A stretch of DNA of 63,886 bases, filler included, from an uncultured Gemmatimonadota bacterium (GCA_964576115.1; 3 parts of 3 records of this genome joined end to end with filler, not necessarily neighbours in it); one strand, 5' to 3'. Shown: positions 9,443-19,584, counted from the first letter of the whole stretch. Numbers and translations: made by a program. Notes: generated from the letters alone by a model not told the origin.

Positions 9443-12256
9443 GTGAATCGATCGAGTCGGGTCAGCCGCTCCCCCGGTTCGCCTTCCTGCTTCTTCCTCT
9501 GTCTTCTGATCGCACTCCTCTGGGTCGGTTGTGTGACCAAACCCGACAACCGGGCTCCCGTTGCCAGTTTCACCGTCGAACCGGCGATCGGAACTCCCGA
9601 CACGTTATTCGTGTTCGATGCCCGCGGTTCGAACGATCCCGACTGCGACAACCGTTTTCTGCAGATTCGGTGGGACTGGGACGCCGACGGGAACTGGGAT
9701 ACCCTCTGGGGAACGATCAAAGTCCGCCATCACCGTTTCCCGACCGACGGAACAATGACGATCTGTATGGAGGTCCGTGATCCCTGGACAGCAACCTCCT
9801 CCACCAACGTGGAAATCCTGGTCGTCTCCGAGCCTGTGGCCCGGTTCACGATCACTCCGGAGTCCGGCATCGTAGGGGATTTGTTCACCTTTGACGCTTC
9901 AGGATCAGCGCATCCTCGCTGCCCGGCCGATTCCCTTCACGTCAGGTGGGATCTGGACGGAGACGAAGTCTGGGAGATCGAATGGACCCGGGAGAAAGTA
10001 ACCACGTACGTCTACCCGGTCGCGGGGCCCTATACGGTCGTACTCGAAGTCAGAGAACCCCATGGATGGTCCGCTCGAACGGAGCGGACTTTGATCGTCC
10101 TTCCCGAGAATGATCCCCCTGAAGCGTTCTTCACGGTATCACCCGACAGCGGCGATATCGCCACTCTCTTCACCTTCGATGCCACCGGCAGCAGTGACCC
10201 GCAGGACGCCCTCGAGAAACTACGATTCTCCTGGGATTGGGAGGGGGACGGCGTCTGGGACCGGGTCCGGGTCAGCGAACCTGTAGGCACACATATCTAC
10301 CTCGAGCCGGGAGAATACGAACCCCGACTGCAGGTCAAGGATCCCCTCGGAGCTATTACCAGCACCACAGGTGACACCATCAGGGTGACGAATGCACCCC
10401 CCGTCGCCGCTTTCACGAGTTCAGTGGATACAGCCGCCGTACATACCCTGTTCACCTTCGATGCCTCGGCAAGTACCGATCCCGAATACCCCGACCAGAT
10501 CGAATACCACTGGGACTTCAACGGTGATGGTACGTGGGACAGCATGTGGAGCGGTGAAACACAGATTGACTACGAATACATCGTCGGCGGGACCTATACC
10601 GTCACTCTCGAGATTCGTGACAGCTGCGGACTGACCGACCAGGCCCAGCACGATCTTGTGCTGCAGAACACCCCCCCTGCCGCCGCGTTTACAATCTCCC
10701 CGACCTCGGGAGACGGCAATACCGACTTCACTTTCGATGCCTCTCCCACGACCGACACCGAATCGAGCGGCGATCAGATCCAGGTCCGCTGGGACTGGGA
10801 GAACAACGGAATCTGGGACTGCGACTGGACGACAGAGAAGACCGCCGCCAGGCAGTTCGCCGGGGCCCGGGATCATACCATCGTGCTGCAGGTCCGGGAT
10901 GACGGGGGTGAAACGGGACAGACGTCGCGGATCCTGACGGTCGACAATACCCTGCCCGAACCCGCTTTTACCTGGTCACCTGCCAAGGTCACGATCAATG
11001 AGCCGGTCTCCTTCGATGCATCAACCTCCACCGACCTCGAGGACGGAACGGGGGGGCTGGAGTGCCGGTGGGACTGGGAAGGGGACGGAGTCTGGGATGG
11101 GGCGTACAGCTCCGAGATGACGGCGACATACTCTTACCCGGAACCCGGTTATTTCCAGGTCCGTCTCGAGGTCAGGGACAGCCACGGTGGAGTAGCGGAT
11201 ACCTCCCATGTCATCTCTATCTCCCCTGCCATTCTCTGGAACTCGGGAGGTCCCGCTACGAACTCCTGTGCGGCAATCGGACCCGATGGATCGTTCTATG
11301 TCTGTTTCGGCAGCGTTGCGAGTGGTGGAGTACGGGCCCTGAATCCGGACGGTTCACTGCAATGGGAATATGCCGTCGATGGGGTTGTGCGAGGCTCTCC
11401 CGCTGTAGCTGATGACGGCACGATCTACTTCGGGTCTGATAACTGGTTCCTCTATGCCCTGAATCCGGACGGAACCCAGAAATGGTGGTTCCTGGCTGAT
11501 GATGCTATCAGATCCACACCAGCGATCGGCTCCGATGGTACAGTGTATGTCAAATCGTCGGATCAATATCTCTATGCCCTCACTCCGGATGGAGACACAC
11601 TGTGGGATTTCTTTCTCGGGAGTGGGGGTAGTGCTCCTGCAGTCGGCCCCGACAGCACGATATATACCACGGCAGGATCCAACCGACTCCTGGCGATAAC
11701 GCCCCAGGGATCTGAAAAGTGGACCTATTATGCCGCCGCCCGCATTCTCTGTTCACCGGCGATCGGAGACGACGGAACCCTGTACTTCGGTGATGAGCAG
11801 AATACCCTCTATGCCGTGAATACCGATGGATCTCTGCAGTGGACGTATTCCATCGGATCTCCCGTCGTGGCTTCACCCGTTCTGGCGGTGGATGGTACGG
11901 TCTATGTCGGGTTACGGGATCTACATTTCTATGCCATATCACCGGCCGGAGAACTGTGCTGGAAAGTGAATCTTGGAATGCAGATTGAGTCCACTGCAGC
12001 TGTGGGTGCCGACGGGACGATCTTCATCCCGACCGATGTCCTGTGGGCCCTGAATCCCTCAGGGAACAGGAAATGGGTGCTGAATCCGGATGATGTGGTT
12101 CTTTCTGCTTCGCCTACCATAGGGTCTGACGGCACGCTGTACCTGGGAGCCGGATCGGGCGGTTTCTACGCCGTCCCGACCGACTGCGGCGGCCTGGCCC
12201 CATCCGCCTGGCCGAAGCTCCACAGCGACATCCGCAACACGGGGCGCCGCCACTGA
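9443..12256 (+). CDS. Six PKD domains plus PQQ-like beta-propeller; probable lipoprotein
   Basis: Six repeats of PxAxFT...FDASxSxD...WDWxGDGxWD; repeated SPAIGxDGTxY / YALNPDGSLQW blades; LWVGC lipobox-like. Start uncertain (9395 or 9443; TATAAT at 9386-9391 favours 9443). Confidence 0.85.
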   Translation: MNRSSRVSRSPGSPSCFFLCLLIALLWVGCVTKPDNRAPVASFTVEPAIGTPDTLFVFDARGSNDPDCDNRFLQIRWDWDADGNWDTLWGTIKVRHHRFPTDGTMTICMEVRDPWTATSSTNVEILVVSEPVARFTITPESGIVGDLFTFDASGSAHPRCPADSLHVRWDLDGDEVWEIEWTREKVTTYVYPVAGPYTVVLEVREPHGWSARTERTLIVLPENDPPEAFFTVSPDSGDIATLFTFDATGSSDPQDALEKLRFSWDWEGDGVWDRVRVSEPVGTHIYLEPGEYEPRLQVKDPLGAITSTTGDTIRVTNAPPVAAFTSSVDTAAVHTLFTFDASASTDPEYPDQIEYHWDFNGDGTWDSMWSGETQIDYEYIVGGTYTVTLEIRDSCGLTDQAQHDLVLQNTPPAAAFTISPTSGDGNTDFTFDASPTTDTESSGDQIQVRWDWENNGIWDCDWTTEKTAARQFAGARDHTIVLQVRDDGGETGQTSRILTVDNTLPEPAFTWSPAKVTINEPVSFDASTSTDLEDGTGGLECRWDWEGDGVWDGAYSSEMTATYSYPEPGYFQVRLEVRDSHGGVADTSHVISISPAILWNSGGPATNSCAAIGPDGSFYVCFGSVASGGVRALNPDGSLQWEYAVDGVVRGSPAVADDGTIYFGSDNWFLYALNPDGTQKWWFLADDAIRSTPAIGSDGTVYVKSSDQYLYALTPDGDTLWDFFLGSGGSAPAVGPDSTIYTTAGSNRLLAITPQGSEKWTYYAAARILCSPAIGDDGTLYFGDEQNTLYAVNTDGSLQWTYSIGSPVVASPVLAVDGTVYVGLRDLHFYAISPAGELCWKVNLGMQIESTAAVGADGTIFIPTDVLWALNPSGNRKWVLNPDDVVLSASPTIGSDGTLYLGAGSGGFYAVPTDCGGLAPSAWPKLHSDIRNTGRRH

Positions 12257-12332
12257 TCTGGACAGATGCCTGTCAGCGGGGATCGGCATCAGACCGGATA
12301 CTCCGGTCGATCCCTATCCCCGATCGGGTTGC

Positions 12333-13694
12333 TTACCGGATATACACCGTCTTGATGTTCACGAACTCGCGGATGCCGTATTCGGACAGCTCGCGACCGT
12401 ATCCCGAGGTCTTGATCCCCCCGAAGGGCAGGCGGGGATCGGAACGCACGAAGTCATTCACGAAGCAGCACCCGGCCTCGAGTTCGTATTCGGCGATCCT
12501 CCGGCCCCGCTCTTCGTCGGTGGTAAAGACCGCCGCCCCCAGACCGAAGACGCTGCCATTGGCGATCCTGATCGCCTCGGCCTCATCGGCAGCCCCGATG
12601 ATCGAGGCCACCGGACCGAAGATCTCGTCGTCGTAGCCGGGGGTACCGGGGGGCACACCACTCACGACCGAGGGCGGGTACCACGCTCCGGGCCGGTCGG
12701 GTACCTCGCAGCCGAGCAGATTCCGTGCCCCGCCGGCCAGGGTGGCCAGGGTCTGCTCGTGCACCTCGTCGCGCAGGTCGTCGCGGGCCATCGGTCCCAC
12801 GTCGGTTTCGGGATCGAGCGGATCGCCGACCCGGCGGCTCTTCATCTCTTCGACATAAGCGTCGGTGAAGCGATCGAGGATCTTCTCGATCACGATGAAC
12901 CGCTTGCCGTTGATACAGCTCTGCCCGCTGTTGATGAGCCGGGCTGTGACACAGGCCGGAACAGCGTGCTCCAGGTCGGCGTCCTCGAGCACCACGTAGG
13001 GATCGCTTCCGCCCAGTTCCATGACGGTCTTTTTTAACATTTGCCCCGACTTGCCGGCCACCGCCACACCGGCCGGGGTACTCCCGGTCAGAGTGGCGGC
13101 CCGTACCAGGGGATGCTCGATCACGGCGTCGACCCGGCTCCCGGGGATCAGGAAGGACGTGAAAGCCCCTTCGGGGAAACCCGCCTCGTGGAAGACCTCG
13201 GCGATCGCCAGGGCGCAACCGGGCACGTTGCTGGCGTGCTTGAGAATCCCGACATTGCCCGCCATCAGGGCCGGCGCGGCGAACCGGAAAACCTGCCAGA
13301 AGGGGAAGTTCCACGGCATGACCGCCAGTACCACCCCGATCGGACGAAAAGCCACGTAACTCATGGTGGCGGTCGAGGCCTTGACCTGCGGTGCGAGCTG
13401 TTCCTCGGCTTTCTCGGCGTAATAGTCGCAGACCCAGGCGCACTTCTCGGCCTCGGCGGTCCCCTGGCTGATCGGCTTGCCCATCTCCAGGGTCATGAGC
13501 CGGCCGTATTCCTCTTTATTATCCCGCAGCACACCGGCCGCTGCGTGCATCAGTTCGGCCCGTTCCGCGAAGGTCGTCTCTTTCCACTCCAGCCAGGTCG
13601 CGTGCGCTTTCTCGATCCCGGCTTCGACTTCGCCCGGTGGGGTTTCGGCATATTCGCGGATCAGTTCGCCGGTGGCGGGATTGATAGCCTTCAT
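12333..13694 (-). CDS. NAD(P)-dependent succinate-semialdehyde dehydrogenase-like aldehyde dehydrogenase
   Basis: VMPWNFPFWQVFRF, LKHASNVP, LTGS, MELGGSDP, SGQSC, EIFGPV, PFGGIKTSGYGRE. Confidence 0.92.
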   Translation of the reverse strand: MKAINPATGELIREYAETPPGEVEAGIEKAHATWLEWKETTFAERAELMHAAAGVLRDNKEEYGRLMTLEMGKPISQGTAEAEKCAWVCDYYAEKAEEQLAPQVKASTATMSYVAFRPIGVVLAVMPWNFPFWQVFRFAAPALMAGNVGILKHASNVPGCALAIAEVFHEAGFPEGAFTSFLIPGSRVDAVIEHPLVRAATLTGSTPAGVAVAGKSGQMLKKTVMELGGSDPYVVLEDADLEHAVPACVTARLINSGQSCINGKRFIVIEKILDRFTDAYVEEMKSRRVGDPLDPETDVGPMARDDLRDEVHEQTLATLAGGARNLLGCEVPDRPGAWYPPSVVSGVPPGTPGYDDEIFGPVASIIGAADEAEAIRIANGSVFGLGAAVFTTDEERGRRIAEYELEAGCCFVNDFVRSDPRLPFGGIKTSGYGRELSEYGIREFVNIKTVYIR

Positions 13695-13888
13695 GATTCT
13701 CCCCTGCCTGAGTGTAGTGAGAGTGAACCGGTGGCGCCTGTGATCAGTTCATCTTATTCTTATCAGGCGCAGAGCCGGCAATACAAACGCTTCGCGCGGA
13801 ACTCCGGCCGGGCGTCGCGCGAACGTCACGAGACGGATAAACGTCGGGTGCAGCATCGCCACCACGCGTTGAAAGGAATCGACCGACC

Positions 13889-14950
13889 ATGCCCTTTGAT
13901 CGAACCGTTTCTGCAGGCAGTAGTCCTCTTTCACGCCTCCGACCGATCATTATCGCCGCAACCATGTTGGCGATCCTGTTGCCGGGCGCCGTATCGGCCC
14001 AGCGGCAGACCGGCGATCGTCACGAGCGCTACCGTCAGGAGAAAGCCCGGCGGGATGCCAAGTTCCGCGAACTCTACGACGGCGTGCTCGACATGCAGAA
14101 GACCGTCTACGCCAGCCGGATCGGAGAACTGGAAATTCCGGTCTACGTCTTCCAGCCGCTCGAACTGCGCGGCGATCGCGGCCACGCCGCGCTGATCTGG
14201 GTGCACGGCGGAGTGCACGGAGATCTCGATCCCGAGCACTACGCTCCCTTCATACGCGAGGCGGTCGAGCGGGGCTACGTGGTCGTGGCGCCCGAGTACC
14301 GGGGCAGTACCGGTTACGGGCAGGAACATTACGACGCCATCGATTACGGCGGGTACGAGGTAGATGACGTTCTCACAGCGGTCGATTTCATCCGGGAGAC
14401 GATGCCGTACGTCGATCTCGAACGGCTGGGGATGATCGGCTGGAGCCACGGCGGTTTCATCACCCTGCACTCGATCTTCCGCGAGCAGCACACGTTCCGC
14501 TGCGCCGCGGCGATGGTGCCGGTGACCAACCTTGTCTTCCGGCTCTCATACAAGGGACCCGGCTATACCAGTTACTACACCAGCCAGGAACGGATCGGCG
14601 GCGCGCCGCACGAGAAGCGGGAGATCTACATCGAGCGCAGCCCGGTCTACCACGTCGACCGGCTCGAGATCCCGCTCATCGTACATGTGACCCGCAACGA
14701 CCAGGACGTGAACTTCGTGGAATGCGAGATGCTCATCGACGCTCTGGAGCACAAGAAGCCGTTCCTGGTCGAGACGAAAATCTACGACGATCCGCCCGGA
14801 GGACACGCTTTCAACCGCCAGGTGGAGACCGACGGGGATTACGGCCGCAGGTTCAGCCGCGAGCAGCGGGATTCGTGGAACCGGATCTGGGCCTTTCTGG
14901 AATGGCACCTGCTCCCCTACCAGGATGCCGCCGGCGAGATTTACGACTGA
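13889..14950 (+). CDS. S9-like alpha/beta hydrolase, secreted
   Basis: VHGG, EYRGSTGYG, GWSHGG nucleophile, NDQDV Asp, GGHAF His; signal peptide ending AVSA. Confidence 0.85.
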   Translation: MPFDRTVSAGSSPLSRLRPIIIAATMLAILLPGAVSAQRQTGDRHERYRQEKARRDAKFRELYDGVLDMQKTVYASRIGELEIPVYVFQPLELRGDRGHAALIWVHGGVHGDLDPEHYAPFIREAVERGYVVVAPEYRGSTGYGQEHYDAIDYGGYEVDDVLTAVDFIRETMPYVDLERLGMIGWSHGGFITLHSIFREQHTFRCAAAMVPVTNLVFRLSYKGPGYTSYYTSQERIGGAPHEKREIYIERSPVYHVDRLEIPLIVHVTRNDQDVNFVECEMLIDALEHKKPFLVETKIYDDPPGGHAFNRQVETDGDYGRRFSREQRDSWNRIWAFLEWHLLPYQDAAGEIYD

Positions 14951-15033
14951 ATCGCAGCACCTCCCGGTCGCGCCGCCGGACCGGATTGGGGGCTGACACC
15001 GGGTCGATCAACTGCTGCAGCCGGTTCTGATAC

Positions 15034-15070
15034 AAAACCGAGCCCCGCGCTCATCTGAGCACGGGGCTCG
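15034..15070 (-). terminator. Intrinsic terminator after tRNA-Leu
   Basis: Hairpin cgagccccg-cgctca-tc-tgagca-cggggctcg followed by GTTTT on the minus strand. Confidence 0.7.
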
Positions 15071-15076
15071 CTCTGT

Positions 15077-15164
15077 TGGTGCCCGAGGCCGGATTTGAAC
15101 CGGCACGGGATTTCTCCCACTGCCCCCTCAAGACAGCGTGTCTACCATATTCCACCACTCGGGC
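15077..15164 (-). tRNA. tRNA-Leu (anticodon GAG)
   Basis: Minus strand GCCCGAG...CTCGGGC-A-CCA acceptor stem; anticodon arm CTGTC-TTGAGGG-GGCAG; long variable arm; GGTTCAAATCC T arm; follows secG as in E. coli secG-leuU. Confidence 0.96.
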
Positions 15165-15176
15165 AAAGTGTCTGCG

Positions 15177-15581
15177 CTACTGTCCCGAACCGCTGGTGTC
15201 GGGGGGGGTGGTACCGGGCTGGGCGAGATCACCCGCCGGTACGTCCGCCGGGGTGGCGCCGGGCAGGAGCGGCAAACCCGTCGTGGGAATCGCCTGCTCT
15301 TCCTGACCGGAGGCATCGAGTACCGCACTTCGGCCGCCCTCACGCACAGTCGGACCGACCATCGTCATGATGACCGCCAGAGCGAGAAAGGCCGTGCCCA
15401 GCCAGGTGGTGGACTTGCTCAGGAAATCGCCCGCCCCCCGGCCCCCGAACATCGCCGTTCCGAGCTGACCGCCCCCGCCGAATGCCCCGCCGAGACCCTG
15501 CCCCTTCGAATCCTGCAACAGGATGACGATCATCAGCAGAACGGCATCGATGACGAACAGTACGAGCAACAGGTTATACAT
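15177..15581 (-). CDS. secG: Preprotein translocase subunit SecG
   Basis: ILLQDSKGQGLGGAFGGG...FGGRGAGDFLSKSTT; two TM helices; after tpiA. Confidence 0.95.
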   Translation of the reverse strand: MYNLLLVLFVIDAVLLMIVILLQDSKGQGLGGAFGGGGQLGTAMFGGRGAGDFLSKSTTWLGTAFLALAVIMTMVGPTVREGGRSAVLDASGQEEQAIPTTGLPLLPGATPADVPAGDLAQPGTTPPDTSGSGQ

Positions 15582-15624
15582 GATCCACTTCCTGGCCTGC
15601 TTTTAGTGTTACAGAATATGTAAG

Positions 15625-16377
15625 TTAAACAGATTTTACGATGGCGGCAAATGAATCGGCCTTCAGGCTCGCGCCACCGACCAGGGCGCCCTCGATGTCG
15701 GGCTGGTTCATCAGTTCGGCCGCATTGTCGGGTTTGACGCTGCCGCCATACTGGATCCGCATCTTTCCGGCCGTTTCGATGCCGAAGAAATGACTCAGCC
15801 GGGCCCGGATGAAGGCATGGACCTCCTGGGCCTGTCCGGGTGTTGCGGTCCGTCCCGTTCCGATCGCCCAGATCGGCTCATAGGCGATGACCAGGGTCTC
15901 GGGATCGTCGATCTCGAGCCCCTCGAGTCCTCCGTCGAGCTGGGTCGAGACGACGGCTTCGGTCTGTCCTGCCTCACGCTGCTCCAGGGTTTCTCCGACA
16001 CAGATGATCGGTACCAGACCGTGAGCCAGGGCGCTCTTCGCCTTGCGGTTGACCAGTTCGTCGGTCTCGGCAAAGTACTGCCGCCGCTCCGAATGCCCGA
16101 GAATGACATGGGAGACGCCGAGACTGCGGAGCATGACGGGGGAGATCTCGCCGGTAAAGGCTCCCTCATCCTCGAAGTGCATGTTCTGGGCTCCGAGCTG
16201 CAGACCGCTGCCCTGGAGCACCTCACCAACCGGATAAAGCGCGGTGAAGGGCGGACAGAGGACGACGTCCACACTGCGTACATCGGAGACCAGCGGGACG
16301 AGAGACATGGCCAGATTGACCGCTTCGTCTCGCGTTTTGTACATCTTCCAGTTTCCGGCCACGATGTATCTACGCAT
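15625..16377 (-). CDS. tpiA: Triosephosphate isomerase
   Basis: [35 protein letters not shown]. Confidence 0.98.
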   Translation of the reverse strand: MRRYIVAGNWKMYKTRDEAVNLAMSLVPLVSDVRSVDVVLCPPFTALYPVGEVLQGSGLQLGAQNMHFEDEGAFTGEISPVMLRSLGVSHVILGHSERRQYFAETDELVNRKAKSALAHGLVPIICVGETLEQREAGQTEAVVSTQLDGGLEGLEIDDPETLVIAYEPIWAIGTGRTATPGQAQEVHAFIRARLSHFFGIETAGKMRIQYGGSVKPDNAAELMNQPDIEGALVGGASLKADSFAAIVKSV

Positions 16378-16429
16378 TAATGAACCTCAGTATTTTTTAA
16401 TGTTCTCCAGTAGTTCTTGATGCTCTTAT

Positions 16430-17635
16430 TCAGCTTTTTTCGGTTAAAGCTGATACTCCTGGCAACTCTTTGCCTTCCAAAAACTCCAAACTGGCACCCC
16501 CGCCCGTGGAGACATGGGTCATTTCCCGCTCCAGACCCGCCCGGACAACGGCGGCCGCCGAATCGCCGCCCCCGATGACCGAAACGGCGCCGTCGGCCGT
16601 CGCGTCGGCGATCATCCGGGCCACGTCAAAGGTGCCGCAGTCAAAGGGCGGTACTTCGAACACACCCACCGGGCCGTTCCACACGATGGTGCCGGCCCCC
16701 ACGATCATCTCCCGCCAGTCAGCCAGCGTCCGGGGACCGATATCGTACCCCGCCATATCACGCGGCACGGCGTCGGCCGGAACCGTGACGGTTTCGACAT
16801 CTTCGCGCAGATCTCTGGCGGCAACGATATCGATCGGCAGCCTGATCGGCGCTCCCTCGCCGGAGCGTGAGGCCTCCAGCAGAGCGCGGGCCATCTCGAT
16901 CCGGTCTTCATCCACCAGACTCCCGCCCACGGAGTAGCCGCAGGCAACCAGGAAGGTAAAGGCCATACCGCCGCCGATGAAGAGTTCGTCGACCTTCCAC
17001 TTCAGGGATTCGATCACGTCGATCTTGCCGCTGATTTTGGCGCCGCCCAGAATCGCATAGAAGGGCCGCCCGGGATCGGTGAGCGCTTCCCCCAGATAGG
17101 TGAGTTCCCGGGCCATCAGGTAGCCGGCGGCACATTCGGCGAAGTGCGCCGTCACTCCCACGGTCGAGGCGTGGGCTCGATGCGCCGAGCCGAAGGCATC
17201 GTTGACGTACAGATCGCCCAGCTGTGCCAGGCCGCCGGCAAAACCGGGATCGTTGGCTTCCTCGCCGTCATGAAAGCGCAGGTTCTCGAGCAGGATGACC
17301 TCACCATCGGCGAGGGTATTCACCGCCGCTCTGACCTCGTCCCCGATGCAGTCTTCGAGAAAGCGGACCGGGCGACCGAGCAGCTCGCCGAGCTCGGCGG
17401 CCACGGGTTTCAGGCTCATGGCCGCGTTGCGCTCTCCCTTCGGACGGCCCAGATGGCTCATCAGCACCAGCCGACCGCCCCGGTCGATCAGGGTCGCCAG
17501 GGTAGGCAGGGTGGCGTCGATGCGGGTGGTGTCGGCCACCTTGCCGTCGTCGAGCGGTACGTTGAAGTCGACCCGTACCAGAACCCGTCGTCCCTGTACC
17601 GCAAGGTCATCCACCGTCAGCTTTCCGAATGCCAT
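16430..17635 (-). CDS. pgk: Phosphoglycerate kinase
   Basis: RVDFNVP, SHLGRP, LENLRF, NDAFGSAHRAHAS, GGGDS, STGGGASLEFLEGK. Confidence 0.98.
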   Translation of the reverse strand: MAFGKLTVDDLAVQGRRVLVRVDFNVPLDDGKVADTTRIDATLPTLATLIDRGGRLVLMSHLGRPKGERNAAMSLKPVAAELGELLGRPVRFLEDCIGDEVRAAVNTLADGEVILLENLRFHDGEEANDPGFAGGLAQLGDLYVNDAFGSAHRAHASTVGVTAHFAECAAGYLMARELTYLGEALTDPGRPFYAILGGAKISGKIDVIESLKWKVDELFIGGGMAFTFLVACGYSVGGSLVDEDRIEMARALLEASRSGEGAPIRLPIDIVAARDLREDVETVTVPADAVPRDMAGYDIGPRTLADWREMIVGAGTIVWNGPVGVFEVPPFDCGTFDVARMIADATADGAVSVIGGGDSAAAVVRAGLEREMTHVSTGGGASLEFLEGKELPGVSALTEKS

Positions 17636-17660
17636 CTTTGTCCCGGTCTCCCGTTGAGGT

Positions 17661-17737
17661 GCCTCGCGCCTCGTGGCCCGTGGTTCGCGGCTCGCGGCTC
17701 GCGGCCCGTGTCTCGCGGCTCGTGGCCCGTGGCTCGT
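17661..17737. repeat. Intergenic heptamer tandem repeat, 11 x 7 bp (consensus GGCTCGY)
   Basis: gcctcgc gcctcgt ggcccgt ggttcgc ggctcgc ggctcgc ggcccgt gtctcgc ggctcgt ggcccgt ggctcgt between gap and pgk. Confidence 0.9.
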
Positions 17738-17746
17738 CAGGCGTTA

Positions 17747-18745
17747 CTAGCCCCCGATGCGGCCGACGACATCGCAGACACGGTTCGAGTACCCCCACTC
17801 GTTGTCATACCAGCTGATGGTCTTCACCAGGTCGGGTTCGATCACCATGGTCGCCAGCGAGTCGAAGATCGAGGAATGCGGGTTGCCGATGATATCGGTC
17901 GAAACGAGAGGCTCGGTCGAATACTCCAGAATCCCCTGCAGCGGACCGGCCGCGGCCGCCCGGAAAGCGTCGTTGACGCTCTCGACCGTAGCGGCCGAAT
18001 CCAGCCTGACGGTGAGATCGACCATCGAACCATTGGCCACCGGTACCCGGACCGCCATCCCGTCGAGCTTGCCGTCGAGAGCGGGAATGATCTGTCCCAC
18101 CGCACGTGCCGCACCGGTCGAGGTCGGAATGATGTTGATCCCCGCCGAACGGGCCCGTCGCAGATCGCTGTGGACCAGGTCGAGGATGTTCTGGTCGTTG
18201 GTATAAGCGTGGATGGTGGTCATGATCCCGCTCGCGATGCCGAAGGTGTCGTGAAGGATCTTCGCCACCGGAGCCACGCAGTTGGTCGTACAGGAGGCAT
18301 TGGAGACGGTTTTCACCTCGTCGGTGAGCACGTCGTCGTTGACGCCGAGCACGATCATGGCATCGAGATCACCCTTGGGCGGCACGGTCAGGACGACCTT
18401 CTTCGCCCCGCCCTCCAGGTGCAGGGCGACCTGCTCGGGCTTGCGGAAGATACCGGTCGATTCCACGACCACATCCACGCCCAGATCGGTCCAGGGGAGC
18501 TGGGCGGGATCGCGCTCGCTCAGGACCGCGACTTTCTCCCCGTTGATGACAAACCCATCCTCGGCAACCTCGACGGTGCCGGGGAAACGGCCGTGTACCG
18601 AGTCGTATTTCAGCAGGTGGGCCATGGTCGGGGCGTCGCTGATGTCGTTGATGGCGACGAATTCGTATCCCTCGCGCTCGAATCCGGCCCGAAAGACGAG
18701 GCGGCCGATCCGCCCGAAACCGTTGATACCGATACGGATACTCAT
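17747..18745 (-). CDS. gap: Type I glyceraldehyde-3-phosphate dehydrogenase
   Basis: GINGFGRIGR, SNASCTTNC, SWYDNEWGYS. Confidence 0.98.
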   Translation of the reverse strand: MSIRIGINGFGRIGRLVFRAGFEREGYEFVAINDISDAPTMAHLLKYDSVHGRFPGTVEVAEDGFVINGEKVAVLSERDPAQLPWTDLGVDVVVESTGIFRKPEQVALHLEGGAKKVVLTVPPKGDLDAMIVLGVNDDVLTDEVKTVSNASCTTNCVAPVAKILHDTFGIASGIMTTIHAYTNDQNILDLVHSDLRRARSAGINIIPTSTGAARAVGQIIPALDGKLDGMAVRVPVANGSMVDLTVRLDSAATVESVNDAFRAAAAGPLQGILEYSTEPLVSTDIIGNPHSSIFDSLATMVIEPDLVKTISWYDNEWGYSNRVCDVVGRIGG

Positions 18746-18831
18746 CGCTGGTTTTCCTCCTCCTGATTCCGGGCGCCGGGGCCCGAATCTGAACTGGCTG
18801 GAAACGCCAGTATACGAACCCGAGTGGCAAT

Positions 18832-19533
18832 TCAGTAGCGGGTTTTCGATAAGATCGTCATGGCCACCGCCGCCGCAAGTACTCCGACCGGCTTTAGTGC
18901 CGCCAGTGCCCGCCGGGCTGCGGCGAGAGTGGCACCGGTGGTCACGACATCGTCTATCAGAAGCACCCGCAGGCTCCGCACGCGCTCCCCCTCCGGCCCC
19001 ACAGCGAAGGCCCCTTCGATGGCCTGCAGGCGTTCCCGTCGCCCTGCCTGTTTCTGCGGCGGCGTGTTTGCGACCCGCTTCAGGGCCCGGGCTGCAACCG
19101 GCCGCTCCAGGACCTGCCCGAGCAGGCGGGCGAGGACTTCGGCCTGATTGTAACCGCGTTCGCGCAGCCGGGCCGGGTGCAGGGGCACGGGCACGAGGAT
19201 CTCGGCGTATTCCGCGAGTCCTGCGAGACTCAGGACAGTCATGAGTTCTCCGGCCAGTGGCTCGAGGAGAACCGGTCTGAGAGTTGACTTGGCGGCCGGG
19301 ACGAGCGCCGTCAGGGGAGGCTCGTAGGCACAGGCGGCGATGACCGGCAGACCCTCAACCACCCGGGCGCGGGGTTCGAGACGGACCTGACGCATGGCCT
19401 CGATACAGGCTTCACAGATCAGCCCCCGTTCTTCATCACCTCCCGGGATCGTTTCACCGCACCCAGGACACCGGGCCGGGAAAAGAACATCGAGCAGATC
19501 GGTGACGATCCGGGACACTAGCGGCAGACGCAT
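18832..19533 (-). CDS. comF: ComF family protein (zinc ribbon plus PRTase domain)
   Basis: LFPARCPGC...ICEAC, VPVPLHPARLRERGYNQA, LLIDDVVTTGAT. Confidence 0.9.
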   Translation of the reverse strand: MRLPLVSRIVTDLLDVLFPARCPGCGETIPGGDEERGLICEACIEAMRQVRLEPRARVVEGLPVIAACAYEPPLTALVPAAKSTLRPVLLEPLAGELMTVLSLAGLAEYAEILVPVPLHPARLRERGYNQAEVLARLLGQVLERPVAARALKRVANTPPQKQAGRRERLQAIEGAFAVGPEGERVRSLRVLLIDDVVTTGATLAAARRALAALKPVGVLAAAVAMTILSKTRY

Positions 19534-19584
19534 GATCCCCCCCGCGGGGAGCGGTCAACGGATGGCGGGGGCCTGACGGGGGAT

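Noticed and set aside
9443-12256. Diversity-generating retroelement target
   Set aside because: No reverse transcriptase and no template/variable repeat pair seen.
14950-15077. Element integrated at tRNA-Leu
   Set aside because: No integrase and no duplicated tRNA 3' end seen in the window.
16377-16445. PGK-TPI fusion by frameshift at GAAAAAAG, as in Thermotoga
   Set aside because: The tpiA frame has TAA just after the slippery run, and the other frames also stop before tpiA.
17661-17737. CRISPR array (also the repeats at 6043, 19585, 50021)
   Set aside because: Contiguous tandem units, no unique spacers, no cas genes.
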